A DNA stretch of 64,000 nt from Planctomycetota bacterium. Lineage in GTDB: Bacteria; Planctomycetota; UBA1135; UBA2386. The stretch lies in NCBI GenBank assembly GCA_947501605.1, contig CANMWZ010000002.1, positions 192,001-256,000 of the forward strand, written 5' to 3'. Below, one piece after another: positions 51,717-61,087 of this stretch (positions are counted from its first letter, which is position 1; the number at the start of each line of letters is the position of its first letter). Position numbers and translations under genes: made by a program. The notes beneath the pieces are model-generated. The model did no database searches. It saw nothing but the letters and a program-made list of their open reading frames with translations, and was not told where the DNA came from.

Positions 51717-52829
51717 TCAGTAGAGAAAGCCCGACAACTGCAGATCGTCGCCCGAGGCCTGCCAACTCCATTCTTCGATCGGCAGCGCTTCGGCCATGAA
51801 CGGCCGACCCTCGCCACCCACCGGCGTCGGTGACAGACGGCCACCGATGATCTTCGGCGCCACGAAGGCGGTTACTTGGTCGACGCAGTTCCACGACAGC
51901 AGGTCGGCGAGCAGGGAGCCGCCACCTTCGACCAGCACGCGCCGCAGACCGCGGCGGCGTAGCTCGCGCCAGGCTTCGCGCAGATGCAGGTGTCGCTGGT
52001 CCTCGGCGGTCCGAATCTGGATCACCTGCACACCGAAGTCCTGAAGACGGCCGGTGCGGCGCGCATCGACGCCGGATCCGACCAGAACCCAAGTAGGAGT
52101 CTTCTGCGCCGTGCGCACGAGGTTGCTGTCGTCGTCGACGTCGCCGCGTGGGTCGACCACGATGCGGATCGGTTGCTTGCCCTCGACGTGGCGAACCGTC
52201 AACTCGGGATCGTCGATCTGGGCCGTGCGGAACCCGACGATGACGGCATCGCACTGCGCCCGCAACACGTGCGTCCGCCGCCGCGACTCCGGACCGCTGA
52301 TCCACCGCGCCTCGCCAGTCGGCGCGGCGGTCTTGCCGTCGAGGGTCATGGCCCACTTCGCGATGGTCCACGGCCGATCGAGCGAGAGGCCCTTCTCGAA
52401 GGGGCGATTGATCGCGAGCGCTTGCTCGGCGAGCACCGAGTCCTGCACTTCGACGCCGCGCTGCTCGAGTTCGATCAGGCCCCGGCGTCGATGTCGCGGA
52501 TCGGGATCGATCGCTCCGACGATGACGCGGCGAATACCGGCATCGAGCAGGGCCTGGGTGCACGGGCCGGTCTTCTTGCCGCCCTCGCCCTTCTGCGCCG
52601 AACACGGCTCGAGCGTGACGACTGCGGTATCGGGCTTGGCGCCACGGGAACGCGCATCCGCGAGCGCTGCGATCTCGGCGTGCGGGCCGCCGTAGTAAGC
52701 GTGGAAACCGCGGCCGACCACCTCGCCGTCCTGCAGCATGAGCGCACCGACTCTTGGGTTGGGCTCGACGTCGCCTCGACCGTGCAGCGCGAGGTCGAGG
52801 GCCTCCTGCATCAGGACTTCGACGTTCAC
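51717..52829 (-). CDS. ribD: Riboflavin biosynthesis deaminase/reductase
   Basis: PNPRVGA, HAE, TLEPC..PC, KWAMTLDGK, VLVEGG. The GTG overlaps the miaB stop. Confidence 0.95.
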   Translation of the reverse strand: MNVEVLMQEALDLALHGRGDVEPNPRVGALMLQDGEVVGRGFHAYYGGPHAEIAALADARSRGAKPDTAVVTLEPCSAQKGEGGKKTGPCTQALLDAGIRRVIVGAIDPDPRHRRRGLIELEQRGVEVQDSVLAEQALAINRPFEKGLSLDRPWTIAKWAMTLDGKTAAPTGEARWISGPESRRRTHVLRAQCDAVIVGFRTAQIDDPELTVRHVEGKQPIRIVVDPRGDVDDDSNLVRTAQKTPTWVLVGSGVDARRTGRLQDFGVQVIQIRTAEDQRHLHLREAWRELRRRGLRRVLVEGGGSLLADLLSWNCVDQVTAFVAPKIIGGRLSPTPVGGEGRPFMAEALPIEEWSWQASGDDLQLSGFLY

Positions 52830-54286
52830 GGTGCGCTCACCTTCGCCTCGAGAACCACGTGCTCGTCGCGATCGTGCAGTCCGTGCTCCGCTTCGGTCTC
52901 GCGCAGACGCGTACCAATCAACGAATGCGTCATGGCTTGTTCGATGCGGACCGGAACGTAGCGAGATACCAAGTCGAGGCCGCCGTCGGTGGGCCGCTCG
53001 AAATGGACGATGCGATGATGCACGGTGCGGCCGGTGAGCCGCTTGCTGTCTTTCGGACTCACGCCCTCGACCAGCACCTCTTGGGTGGTGCCGATGAGGG
53101 CGCGATGCTTCTCGTCGCAAATCTCGTCCTGGATCGCGAGCATGACTTGATTGCGTCGCTCCTTCTCTGCGCGCGGGACATCGTCCACCAGCGCGGCAGC
53201 CAGGGTGCCCGGGCGCGGCGAGTACTGAAACACGTAGCTCTGCGAGTAGCGCACCTGCCGCAACAGCGACGCACTCTCCTCGAACTCAGCGGCCGTCTCG
53301 CCCGGATACCCGACGATGAAGTCGCTGTGCAGCTCCATGTCGGGCGCGCGCGCCAGCAGTTGTTCGACGCGCCGCAGGTAGCGATCGCGCGTGTAGCCGC
53401 GGCGCATCGCCTTCAACACCCGGTCACTGCCCGACTGGACGGGCAGGTGCAGATAGCGAGCAACCTTCGGCAACTCGGCCACGGCCGCGATCAGGTCCTC
53501 GGACAGGAAGTTCGGATGCGACGTGATGAACGCCAAGCGACGCAACGCCGGCACCTCGTGCAGCGCGCGCAACAACTTCGACAACGTGATCCCCGGGCCA
53601 AGGTCGCGCCCGTAGGCGTTGACCGTCTGGCCCAGCAAGGTGATCTCGGTGACACCATCGCCGCACAGCCGCTCGGCTTCTTCGACGATTTGCGCGATGG
53701 GCCGCGACACTTCGTCGCCGCGCGTCGTCGGCACGATGCAGTAGGTGCACGGCATGTTGCAGCCGCGCATGACGGACACGAAAGCCTGACTCTTGTGCGG
53801 CCGCACCGAGACGTCGCGGACGATCGTGTCGCCAGAGACGCCGATCCCGGCAGCGACGAGACCGGCGCCGTGGAGCGGGCTCCGGCTCGCTGTCCGAGCA
53901 TGTTCGTGCGCCAACTCGAGGTTCTTTTGCCGCGCGGCCTCGACGCTGATGTCGATGTCGCCGAACGCCGACGGGCCAACGACCAAGTCGATGTGCGGCA
54001 TGCGCGCCACCATGAAGCGCTGGTGCTCCTCCGCCATGCAACCAAGCACACCGACGACGAGATGCGGCTGCGTGCGCTTGCGAATGCGCAACTTGCCAAG
54101 GCGCGACCAGACCCGGTCCTCGGCGTGCTGGCGGACGGAACAGGTATTGAGCAGCACGACATCGGCGCTCTGCTCATCCGGCGCGGGCACGTAGCCGCGC
54201 TGCCGCAGCTTGCTCTCGACCAGTTCGCTGTCGAGCTTGTTCATCTGGCAGCCGTAGCTGGTCAGGTGGTACTTGGGTGCCGTCAT
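52826..54286 (-). CDS. miaB: tRNA methylthiotransferase MiaB
   Basis: GCQMN..DSE, NTCSVR, GCMA, radical SAM motif CNMPCTYC, C-terminal TRAM domain. Confidence 0.95.
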   Translation of the reverse strand: MTAPKYHLTSYGCQMNKLDSELVESKLRQRGYVPAPDEQSADVVLLNTCSVRQHAEDRVWSRLGKLRIRKRTQPHLVVGVLGCMAEEHQRFMVARMPHIDLVVGPSAFGDIDISVEAARQKNLELAHEHARTASRSPLHGAGLVAAGIGVSGDTIVRDVSVRPHKSQAFVSVMRGCNMPCTYCIVPTTRGDEVSRPIAQIVEEAERLCGDGVTEITLLGQTVNAYGRDLGPGITLSKLLRALHEVPALRRLAFITSHPNFLSEDLIAAVAELPKVARYLHLPVQSGSDRVLKAMRRGYTRDRYLRRVEQLLARAPDMELHSDFIVGYPGETAAEFEESASLLRQVRYSQSYVFQYSPRPGTLAAALVDDVPRAEKERRNQVMLAIQDEICDEKHRALIGTTQEVLVEGVSPKDSKRLTGRTVHHRIVHFERPTDGGLDLVSRYVPVRIEQAMTHSLIGTRLRETEAEHGLHDRDEHVVLEAKVSAP

Positions 54287-54385
54287 GGAGGGCGCGGGAT
54301 TGTAGGGAAGAGGACGGCGCTGCCAAACCCCGAGCTTTTTTGCTGCGCCGCTAACGCCGTGGGGCAGGCCTCCGTAGAGCGCGCC

Positions 54386-55537
54386 ATGACCCACGGCCCG
54401 ACGCGTCGTTCGTTCCTCCGCACCGCCGCAGCAGCTGCCGCGGCGAGCACGACCCTCACCGCCATCCGCCCGTTGGCGCGGCAGCGAATGGCAGCGACTT
54501 TTCGCGCCAAACAGAAGATCCTCGTGCTCGGCGGCACTGCATTCTTGGGGCCCGCGGTGGTCGAGCACGCGCTCGCGCAGGGCCACACGGTCACGCTGTT
54601 CAACCGCGGCAAGACCAATCCCGGGCTGTTCCCGACGGTCGAAAAGCTGCAGGGCCAACGCCGACGGCCGAATCCGAAGAATCCGAACTCCAAGCCGCAG
54701 GATCTCAAGTCGCTCGAGGGCCGCACGTTTGACGCCGTGGTCGACACCAGCGCCTACTTCACCGGTGAGGTCGAGGACGTCTGCAAGGTGCTCGCCGGGC
54801 AGATCCAGCAGTACGTCTACGTCAGCTCGCTGAGTGTCTACAAGTCGCTCGAACAATCGGACGCCGTGGTCGACGAGTCGTCCGAGCGGGCCTCGTGCAC
54901 CGACAAGTACACCCTCGACATGGGCGCCAACTCCGAGAACTACGGCGGCCTGAAGCGCCACTGCGAGGACGCGGTCGAGGCGGTGTTTCCTGGCAAGGCC
55001 ACGCTGGTGCGCCCGGGCTACATCGTCGGCCCCGGCGACCCGACCGATCGCTTCACCTACTGGCCCATGCGCTTCATTCGCGGCGGTGAGTGCCTCGCAC
55101 CTGGGCCGATGGACAATGACCTGCAGTTCCTCGACGTGCGCGACCTCGGTCAGTGGATCGTCCACCTCATCGAGCAGCGCATCGCCGGCGCGTTCAACGC
55201 CGTCGGCTTCGACGGCCCGCTGTCGACGGCCGAGTTCCTCCATACCGGCAAGGGCACGATCAACCAGAAGTGCTCCTTCACTTGGGTGGAAGACGCCTTC
55301 CTCGAAGCGAACGAGGTGAGCTCGTGGCAGGAAATGGGCTGCTGGACACCGCAGGCCAAGAACGGCCATAGCAGCAACCGCCGCGCGCTCGAGGCCGGCG
55401 CCACCTACCGTCCGATTGCCGAGACGATCAAGGCGACCGTCGAGTGGGCGACGAGCCGCGGCACGGGCCACGAGTGGCGGGCCGGGATGAAACCCGAGCG
55501 CGAAGCCGAACTGCTGGCAAAGTGGAAGGCACGCTGA
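54386..55537 (+). CDS. Tat-signal NAD-dependent epimerase/SDR family protein
   Basis: TRRSFL twin-arginine motif, ILVLGGTAFLG, YGGLK, RPGYIVGPGD. Confidence 0.85.
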   Translation: MTHGPTRRSFLRTAAAAAAASTTLTAIRPLARQRMAATFRAKQKILVLGGTAFLGPAVVEHALAQGHTVTLFNRGKTNPGLFPTVEKLQGQRRRPNPKNPNSKPQDLKSLEGRTFDAVVDTSAYFTGEVEDVCKVLAGQIQQYVYVSSLSVYKSLEQSDAVVDESSERASCTDKYTLDMGANSENYGGLKRHCEDAVEAVFPGKATLVRPGYIVGPGDPTDRFTYWPMRFIRGGECLAPGPMDNDLQFLDVRDLGQWIVHLIEQRIAGAFNAVGFDGPLSTAEFLHTGKGTINQKCSFTWVEDAFLEANEVSSWQEMGCWTPQAKNGHSSNRRALEAGATYRPIAETIKATVEWATSRGTGHEWRAGMKPEREAELLAKWKAR

Positions 55538-55559
55538 AGCGCACGCTATCCTCCGCCGC

Positions 55560-56213
55560 GTGACTGCCACGCCGCCCGCGCTCGCTCCTCGCCCCGCTCT
55601 GTTCCCATCGCTGATGGTCCTCTGCGTGTTGCTCGCAGCGTGGTCGTTTGCGGGCACCAAGGATGCGGGCGTTTGGGCCTTCGAGGTGATCCCGCTGTTA
55701 CTGGTGATGGGGATCTTTGCGTACCGCCGGCGCCACCACTTCTGCTTCTCCGACCTCGCCTACGTGCTGCTGACCTGGTTCTTCTTCATTCAAGCTCTCG
55801 GCGGCCGCTATGAGTTTGCCAACGTGCCGTTCCCCGACGCACTGAAAGACCTGTTCGGCCTCGAGCGCAACCCGGTCGATCGCATCGGCCACTTCTTTCA
55901 GGGCTTCGTACCGGCTGTGCTGTTGCGCGAATGGTTGATTCGGCGGCGCGCGATCCCACGCGGATGGACGCTGTTCTGGCTGGTCACCGGCTGCTGCCTC
56001 GCGTTCTCGGCGAGCTACGAGTTGCTCGAGATGGCAACCGTGAAGGCCTTCTATCCCGACCAGGGTCCGGAATGGCTCGGCACTCAGGGCGATGTCTGGG
56101 ACGCGCAGATGGACATGACGATGGCGCTGTGCGGTGCGACCCTCGCGCAACTGCTACTGCGGCGACTGCATGACCGCAGCATCGCGCGCGCTGAGCAGGG
56201 GACGCGCGGCTAG
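55560..56213 (+). CDS. DUF2238 (YjdF-like) membrane protein
   Basis: RNPVDRIGHFFQG, YELLE, LGTQGDVWDAQ.DM. Confidence 0.88.
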   Translation: MTATPPALAPRPALFPSLMVLCVLLAAWSFAGTKDAGVWAFEVIPLLLVMGIFAYRRRHHFCFSDLAYVLLTWFFFIQALGGRYEFANVPFPDALKDLFGLERNPVDRIGHFFQGFVPAVLLREWLIRRRAIPRGWTLFWLVTGCCLAFSASYELLEMATVKAFYPDQGPEWLGTQGDVWDAQMDMTMALCGATLAQLLLRRLHDRSIARAEQGTRG

Positions 56214-56217
56214 TGCC

Positions 56218-56616
56218 TCACATGCGCAGCGCGTGGCCAAGGGCGACGCCCTGCGCGGCGGCGAGCACAGCCACCGGCACGGCGAAGAAAAGCCACTTGG
56301 GCGCGAACTCGCGCAGCAGGGTCGCGGTGACGGCCAGCAACACCAGCGTGATCGAAAGTGCTGCCGCGACGAACGCGAGCCCGCTCACTCCGGTGAGGTG
56401 CGCGAGCAGCACGCCGGGTTGCACCGGCAGCAGTGCGAGATAGGTCCGCACGCAGTGGCTGCACTCGGCAAGCGGTGAGAACACCAAGGCCGAGAAGGAC
56501 CCGCCCCACCAAACCAGGGCAGTGCGACGGAGCGGCGCCTTCCACGAAGCGAACCCGCGCCCGGTCTCGGGGATGGCAGTGCGGCTATGAGGATCGTCCG
56601 GACTCGTGAGGGGCAC
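56218..56616 (-). CDS. Hypothetical membrane protein
   Basis: Three to four hydrophobic segments and a CSHC motif. Fills the gap downstream of the prepilin-like gene. Confidence 0.55.
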   Translation of the reverse strand: MPLTSPDDPHSRTAIPETGRGFASWKAPLRRTALVWWGGSFSALVFSPLAECSHCVRTYLALLPVQPGVLLAHLTGVSGLAFVAAALSITLVLLAVTATLLREFAPKWLFFAVPVAVLAAAQGVALGHALRM

Positions 56617-56629
56617 GAGCGACGAGGCC

Positions 56630-57292
56630 TCAGTGATCGAGCTTCTTCAGCGCCGGATGCGGCGAGTCCGGGCCCCAGGTCTTGAACACCTCTTCCAGAC
56701 CCTGCCACTGGAACTCCTCCATCATCGTCTGCAGCGATAGCGGCCGAACGTTGCCGTTGCCATAAAGGACGTTGACGGTGCCGCCGTTGAAGGCCCAACC
56801 CGGCCCACCGCGCGACTCATTGTCGTTGGCGATCCAGGCCTCGTCGCCCTTGCTCATGCCGGCGATGAACTCCTTGGCCCGCGCCGCATAATGCGTGTCG
56901 TCCGGCGTCAGCTGGCGAAGGTCGGTCCAGATCTTCTCGCCGCGGTCGACCTGTTTGCGCAACTCGATGTAGTGCGGATCCTCATCGCGCGTCGGCCCCG
57001 GTGTGAAGAACCGGTCGAAGTTCTCGACCGAAGGCTCGATGACCTTCTTGACCCAGAGATCGAGGACGAACTTGTGGCCGCCGTCGGTGGGCATGTGCCC
57101 CACCTTGGTCGGCGACTTGTAGATCTCAAACCACTGGTAGTGCTGGCTCATGTTCTTCGAGTCAGCCGCGATGTAGGCCTGTTCGCGGCCGGCCAGCAAG
57201 TCGGGGAGGAAGGTCGCGGCCAGCAGACCGATGATGCCGACCACGATCAGCAGTTCGATCAGCGTGAAGCCGGCGTTGCGCTTTGCGTTCAT
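56630..57292 (-). CDS. Prepilin-type N-terminal cleavage/methylation domain protein
   Basis: KRNAG^FTLIELLIVVGIIGLLA and C-terminal GGTVNVLYGNGNV. Confidence 0.88.
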   Translation of the reverse strand: MNAKRNAGFTLIELLIVVGIIGLLAATFLPDLLAGREQAYIAADSKNMSQHYQWFEIYKSPTKVGHMPTDGGHKFVLDLWVKKVIEPSVENFDRFFTPGPTRDEDPHYIELRKQVDRGEKIWTDLRQLTPDDTHYAARAKEFIAGMSKGDEAWIANDNESRGGPGWAFNGGTVNVLYGNGNVRPLSLQTMMEEFQWQGLEEVFKTWGPDSPHPALKKLDH

Positions 57293-57382
57293 GGCTCTCT
57301 ACCTGGCAGAGGGGTGGGACGAAGGCGCGCATGCTAGCCCACGGCCAGCCCTCCCGTCACCACAGCCATTTGGGCAGCCCCG

Positions 57383-57434
57383 AAACGAAGCGCGGCGCGC
57401 GACCACCGCCCGGGGTCGCGAGCCGCGCTTCGTT
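57383..57434 (-). terminator. Long stem-loop, probable intrinsic terminator
   Basis: aaacgaagcgcggc...gccgcgcttcgttt outer stem plus cgcgacc/ggtcgcg inner stem, 20 nt past the stop at 57455. Confidence 0.7.
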
Positions 57435-57454
57435 TTGGAGCTGCCGCGCTCGAA

Positions 57455-58243
57455 TCAGTCGTTGCGGCGACCGCCGGTCGGACCATTCGGTCGGTCGTTG
57501 TTCGGCTGCTGGTTCTGGCCATCGCCGCCGTTCGGCTCCGAGTTCGTGCCTGGCATCGGTGCCATCGGCTCGATCGGCATCGGCGCCTGGTCCTGCATCT
57601 GCGGCTGCCCTTCGCCCATCGGCTGGGCAGGCTGCAGCGAGAAGCGCTGCTGGTAGCTGGTGGCGAAGAACGCGTCGCCGGAGTAGTCGCTCCACCACTG
57701 GCGCCAGCCGAGCACCGACGTATGGCGCTGCGACTCGTTTTCGCTCAGGTGGTCGTAACCAAAGTCACGACCGGTCGTGCCCTTCAAGGCCTCGTGGCAC
57801 AGGTAGCGCACTTCCTTCTTGGGGCTGTCGAGCCCTTCGATCAGCAGAGGTGCCTGCTGGATGTCACCGAGGGTCAACAACGTGCGGGCGACTTCGAGGC
57901 GCACCGTTTCGTTGCTGTCCTGCACGGCGGCCTGCAGGTAGGGAATCGTGCGACGATCGCGGATGCGACCGAGGGCCCAGGCGCACGAACTGCGAACCTT
58001 GGGGCTCTCGTGCTTGATGCCGCGCAGCAGCGCCGGGATTGTCGACTCGCCGGTCTGCGACAGCCACAGCAAGTTCTGCAGGAGCTCATCACCGTGCTCG
58101 TACGGAATCTGCTGCACGCGGCTCTCGATTTCGTCCGCCATCAGCGAGTTGGGCGGAGTGAACTCCGACTGCTCGGCGCCGGAGAACAAAGAGCAGCTGC
58201 CGCAGAGCAGCAGCAAGGGAAGAGTCAGGACCGCGATCCTCAT
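57455..58243 (-). CDS. HEAT-repeat lipoprotein
   Basis: Lipobox-like LCGSC, HEAT repeats (ESPKVRSSCAWALG, DSNETVRLEVA), Pro/Gln/Gly tail. Confidence 0.8.
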   Translation of the reverse strand: MRIAVLTLPLLLLCGSCSLFSGAEQSEFTPPNSLMADEIESRVQQIPYEHGDELLQNLLWLSQTGESTIPALLRGIKHESPKVRSSCAWALGRIRDRRTIPYLQAAVQDSNETVRLEVARTLLTLGDIQQAPLLIEGLDSPKKEVRYLCHEALKGTTGRDFGYDHLSENESQRHTSVLGWRQWWSDYSGDAFFATSYQQRFSLQPAQPMGEGQPQMQDQAPMPIEPMAPMPGTNSEPNGGDGQNQQPNNDRPNGPTGGRRND

Positions 58244-58523
58244 GGGGGATTACCTCTCAGGAAACCAACTGTCCGCACGCGTCGTGCAAGACAGCACCTT
58301 TGTCGGCAGTGCCATGGGCTGTTCTTGAGCCCAACTTCGCGGTCGCACTGGTTTCTTGTGGCAACGATCGCTGCTCCCGACCTGGCAGGAGATTGCAGCG
58401 AGCGCGCCGGATTTGTGGCGCCCTCGGCACAGGACGAACTCTTGCCCGCACTTCCGCAGATTGCCAAGATCCATGAGCTCGACCGCCCGGTCGGGCCCAT
58501 CCCTGCTCCCACAGGAGACTCTC

Positions 58524-58799
58524 ATGAACAAGGCAGATCTGATCGCCGAAGTGCAGCGACATCTCGGCGCCGAGTGCTCAAAGGCCCACGCCGAGAAGGT
58601 CGTCAACAGCGTGCTGGCGTCGATCCAACGCGGCTTGAAGAAGGACAAGGAAGTCCAGCTCGTCGGCTTCGGCACCTTCGCGGTCAAAAACCGCAAAGCG
58701 CGCACCGGCCGCAACCCGCAGACCAAGGAACCCCTGCAGATCAAGGCCTCGCGGACCGTCGGGTTCCGGGCCGGCACCGGCCTCAAGGGCAGTATCTGA
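58524..58799 (+). CDS. hup: DNA-binding protein HU
   Basis: MNKADLI, VQLVGFGTF, RKARTGRNPQT. SD AGGAG. Confidence 0.96.
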   Translation: MNKADLIAEVQRHLGAECSKAHAEKVVNSVLASIQRGLKKDKEVQLVGFGTFAVKNRKARTGRNPQTKEPLQIKASRTVGFRAGTGLKGSI

Positions 58800-58902
58800 T
58801 TGCATGGGCACGGGCGCAGCCGCCCCCCCGAGGAGCCAGCAGACTCCCTACCGCAGCGTCGGGCGAAGCAGCGCGGACGCAGTCCTGGCGAGCAGAGACG
58901 CC

Positions 58903-58972
58903 AACTGGGTTAACTCGACTGGGTTAGCTCAACTGGGCTAACTCGACTGGGCTAACTCAACTGGGCCAAAAC
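58903..58972. repeat. Intergenic 14-bp tandem repeat, 5 copies
   Basis: aactgggttaactc / gactgggttagctc / aactgggctaactc / gactgggctaactc / aactgggccaaaac. Confidence 0.92.
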
Positions 58973-59004
58973 CCAACTCGCACCAGCTCCCTCGCTCCAG
59001 CAAC

Positions 59005-60045
59005 TCAGTCGAGGAAGCCACCGCCAAGCACACGGTCGTCGTCGTAGAACACCGCGGCCTGACCCGGGGTGATCGCGAACACCGGAGCGTCGAATGCCAC
59101 CGCGACCACGCCGTCAGGACGGACGTTCAACGTCGCCATGGCCGCTTTGCTGCGGGCGCGGACCTGGACGGCAGCGCGCAGCTCCGCACCTTCCGCCGGC
59201 GGTTCGCACAGCCAACGGAGGCCCGCGACGCGGGCAAACTGTTGATCGAGCCCCGGACGCTGCAGGACGGTCACATCGCCGCTCGCGGCATCGATGCGGG
59301 CGACGTAGTGCGGAGTCCCGAGTGCCGGCAGACCTCGCCGCTGGCCGACCGTGAAGGCGTCGATACCGTCGTGGCGGGCAACCTCCCGTCCGTGCTCATC
59401 GAGCACGCGACCCGGGATGCCGCCACCGCCGCGCTGGCGCACGACATCGCGGTAGTCGCCGGACGTGACGAAGCAGATCTCCATCGACTCAGGCTTCTGC
59501 GCCGTGCGCAAGTCCGCCTCCGTGGCGATGGCCCGTACCTCCTGCTTGTCGAGATCGCCGAGGGGGAAGTGCACCTGCGGCAGCACGCTGCGGTCGATGC
59601 CGAACAAGTAGTAGCTCTGATCCTTGTTCTGGTCCTTGCCGCGGCGCAAGGCGCCGTCCACGCAGCGCGCGTAGTGCCCGGTCGCAACGCCATCGGCACC
59701 GAGGTCCTTCGCCAGCGAAAACACGTGGCCGAACTTCAGCTGCTGGTTGCACAACACACAGGGGTTCGGAGTCCGGCCGCGCCGGTACTCGTCGGCGAAG
59801 TGATCGATCAGGCTGCCGAATTCCTTCTCGTAGTCCACGGAGTAGAACGGCATGCCCAGTCGATCGCAGACCAGCGCCGCATCGCGCGCATCACTGGCCG
59901 AGCAGCAGGACTTCTCCGCCGCTGGTCCGGAGCCGGAGACGCCGTTGCGGAAGAAAACGCCGACCACTTCGTGGCCCTGCCGCTGCAGCAGCAGAGCGGC
60001 AACGCTGCTATCGACACCGCCGGACATCGCAACCAGGACTCGCAT
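59005..60045 (-). CDS. mnmA: tRNA 2-thiouridylase MnmA
   Basis: AMSGGVDSS, GRTPNPCV.CN, ATGHYAR, KDQSYYL, ESMEICF, TPGQAAVFY. Confidence 0.97.
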   Translation of the reverse strand: MRVLVAMSGGVDSSVAALLLQRQGHEVVGVFFRNGVSGSGPAAEKSCCSASDARDAALVCDRLGMPFYSVDYEKEFGSLIDHFADEYRRGRTPNPCVLCNQQLKFGHVFSLAKDLGADGVATGHYARCVDGALRRGKDQNKDQSYYLFGIDRSVLPQVHFPLGDLDKQEVRAIATEADLRTAQKPESMEICFVTSGDYRDVVRQRGGGGIPGRVLDEHGREVARHDGIDAFTVGQRRGLPALGTPHYVARIDAASGDVTVLQRPGLDQQFARVAGLRWLCEPPAEGAELRAAVQVRARSKAAMATLNVRPDGVVAVAFDAPVFAITPGQAAVFYDDDRVLGGGFLD

Positions 60046-60122
60046 GAAGCACAAAGATGTAAGCAAAGAGGGCCGCTCCCTATACTCCTCGGCCCTCCGA
60101 TTTCCGCCCAGAGCCCCCAGTG

Positions 60123-60578
60123 ATGTCGACCGCCGCGTTCGCGATCTCCGCCCCCACGACCCACGTGCTGCCTCAGGAGCCCACGACCCCTGCCCCAGGT
60201 CCGTCTGGCGCCGGCCCGGCCGGGGCCGGCGATGCCGGCGCGGCCGGGACAGCCCAGCCGGGCGGCCCGGACGCCCCGCCGGCTACCGGAGCAGCGCAAC
60301 CCTGCGGCACCGATACCTTCCTGATGATGGGCCTGTTCGTGGCCCTCATGTGGCTGATGGTGCTGCGCCCCGAAAGCAAGCGCCGCAAAGAGACCATGTC
60401 GATGCTGCAGGCCCTGAAGCAAGGCGACACCGTGGTCACGTCCGGGGGCATGCACGGCAAGGTCGCCACCATCTCGGACAAGACCGTCGTGCTGCGCATC
60501 GACACCCAGATGGTCACGTTCGACCGCACAGCGATCGCGCGCGTGGTGCGCGATGACGGCTCGCCGACCAAGTCCTGA
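60123..60578 (+). CDS. yajC: Preprotein translocase subunit YajC
   Basis: TM helix followed by LRPE.KRRK, LKQGDTVVTSGGMHG. Long Pro/Gly/Ala N-terminal extension. Confidence 0.9.
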   Translation: MSTAAFAISAPTTHVLPQEPTTPAPGPSGAGPAGAGDAGAAGTAQPGGPDAPPATGAAQPCGTDTFLMMGLFVALMWLMVLRPESKRRKETMSMLQALKQGDTVVTSGGMHGKVATISDKTVVLRIDTQMVTFDRTAIARVVRDDGSPTKS

Positions 60579-61086
60579 CCTCGATTCAGGGGCCCGCGGC
60601 GAAGCCCTCGCCGCGGCCTTCCTGGAAGACCAGGGCTACCTCCTCCACGCCCGCAATCTGCGCACGCGACATGGCGAGATCGACCTCTTGCTCCGCCACC
60701 GCGATGAGTGGGTCGCAGTCGAAGTCAAAGCGCGGCGACACCATCCTGCGCCCGAGCGCACCGCCCAACCAGCACAGCTCGATCGGGTCGCGCGCGCGTT
60801 GTTGGCCGTTGCACCCTCGCTCCGACCTACACCCCGGCGCCTACGTCTCGATCTGGTCGCAATCCGCTGGCAGGAGGCGGCTGAGCCCGAAGTGCTGCAT
60901 TTTCCCGCAGTCCGCAGCTGGCGACGAACCAACGGGCCTTGCGGTTCTGCGTCAGTACCCGAATGGGTGCCTGCCGATATCGCTAGCCGGGTCGCGCCAA
61001 CAAACCGCGCCCACCACCTCTGGTCCCGCCTGCGACGCTTCGTCGCACGCATTCTGAGTCCGCTCGATTGGAACCGCGATCCCTGA
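60553..61086 (+). CDS. YraN (UPF0102) family protein
   Basis: GARGEALAAAFL..QGY, RN.R..HGEIDL, VEVKAR, RLDLVAI. Confidence 0.85.
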   Translation: MTARRPSPDLDSGARGEALAAAFLEDQGYLLHARNLRTRHGEIDLLLRHRDEWVAVEVKARRHHPAPERTAQPAQLDRVARALLAVAPSLRPTPRRLRLDLVAIRWQEAAEPEVLHFPAVRSWRRTNGPCGSASVPEWVPADIASRVAPTNRAHHLWSRLRRFVARILSPLDWNRDP

Positions 61087-61087
61087 G

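Noticed and set aside
52754..55660. 927-aa and 944-aa overlapping ORFs
   Set aside because: Each is one real gene (the SDR or miaB) plus open-frame run-through antisense to the other.
58903..58972. Possible CRISPR array
   Set aside because: The units are 14 bp and directly adjacent, with no unique spacers and no cas genes in the window.
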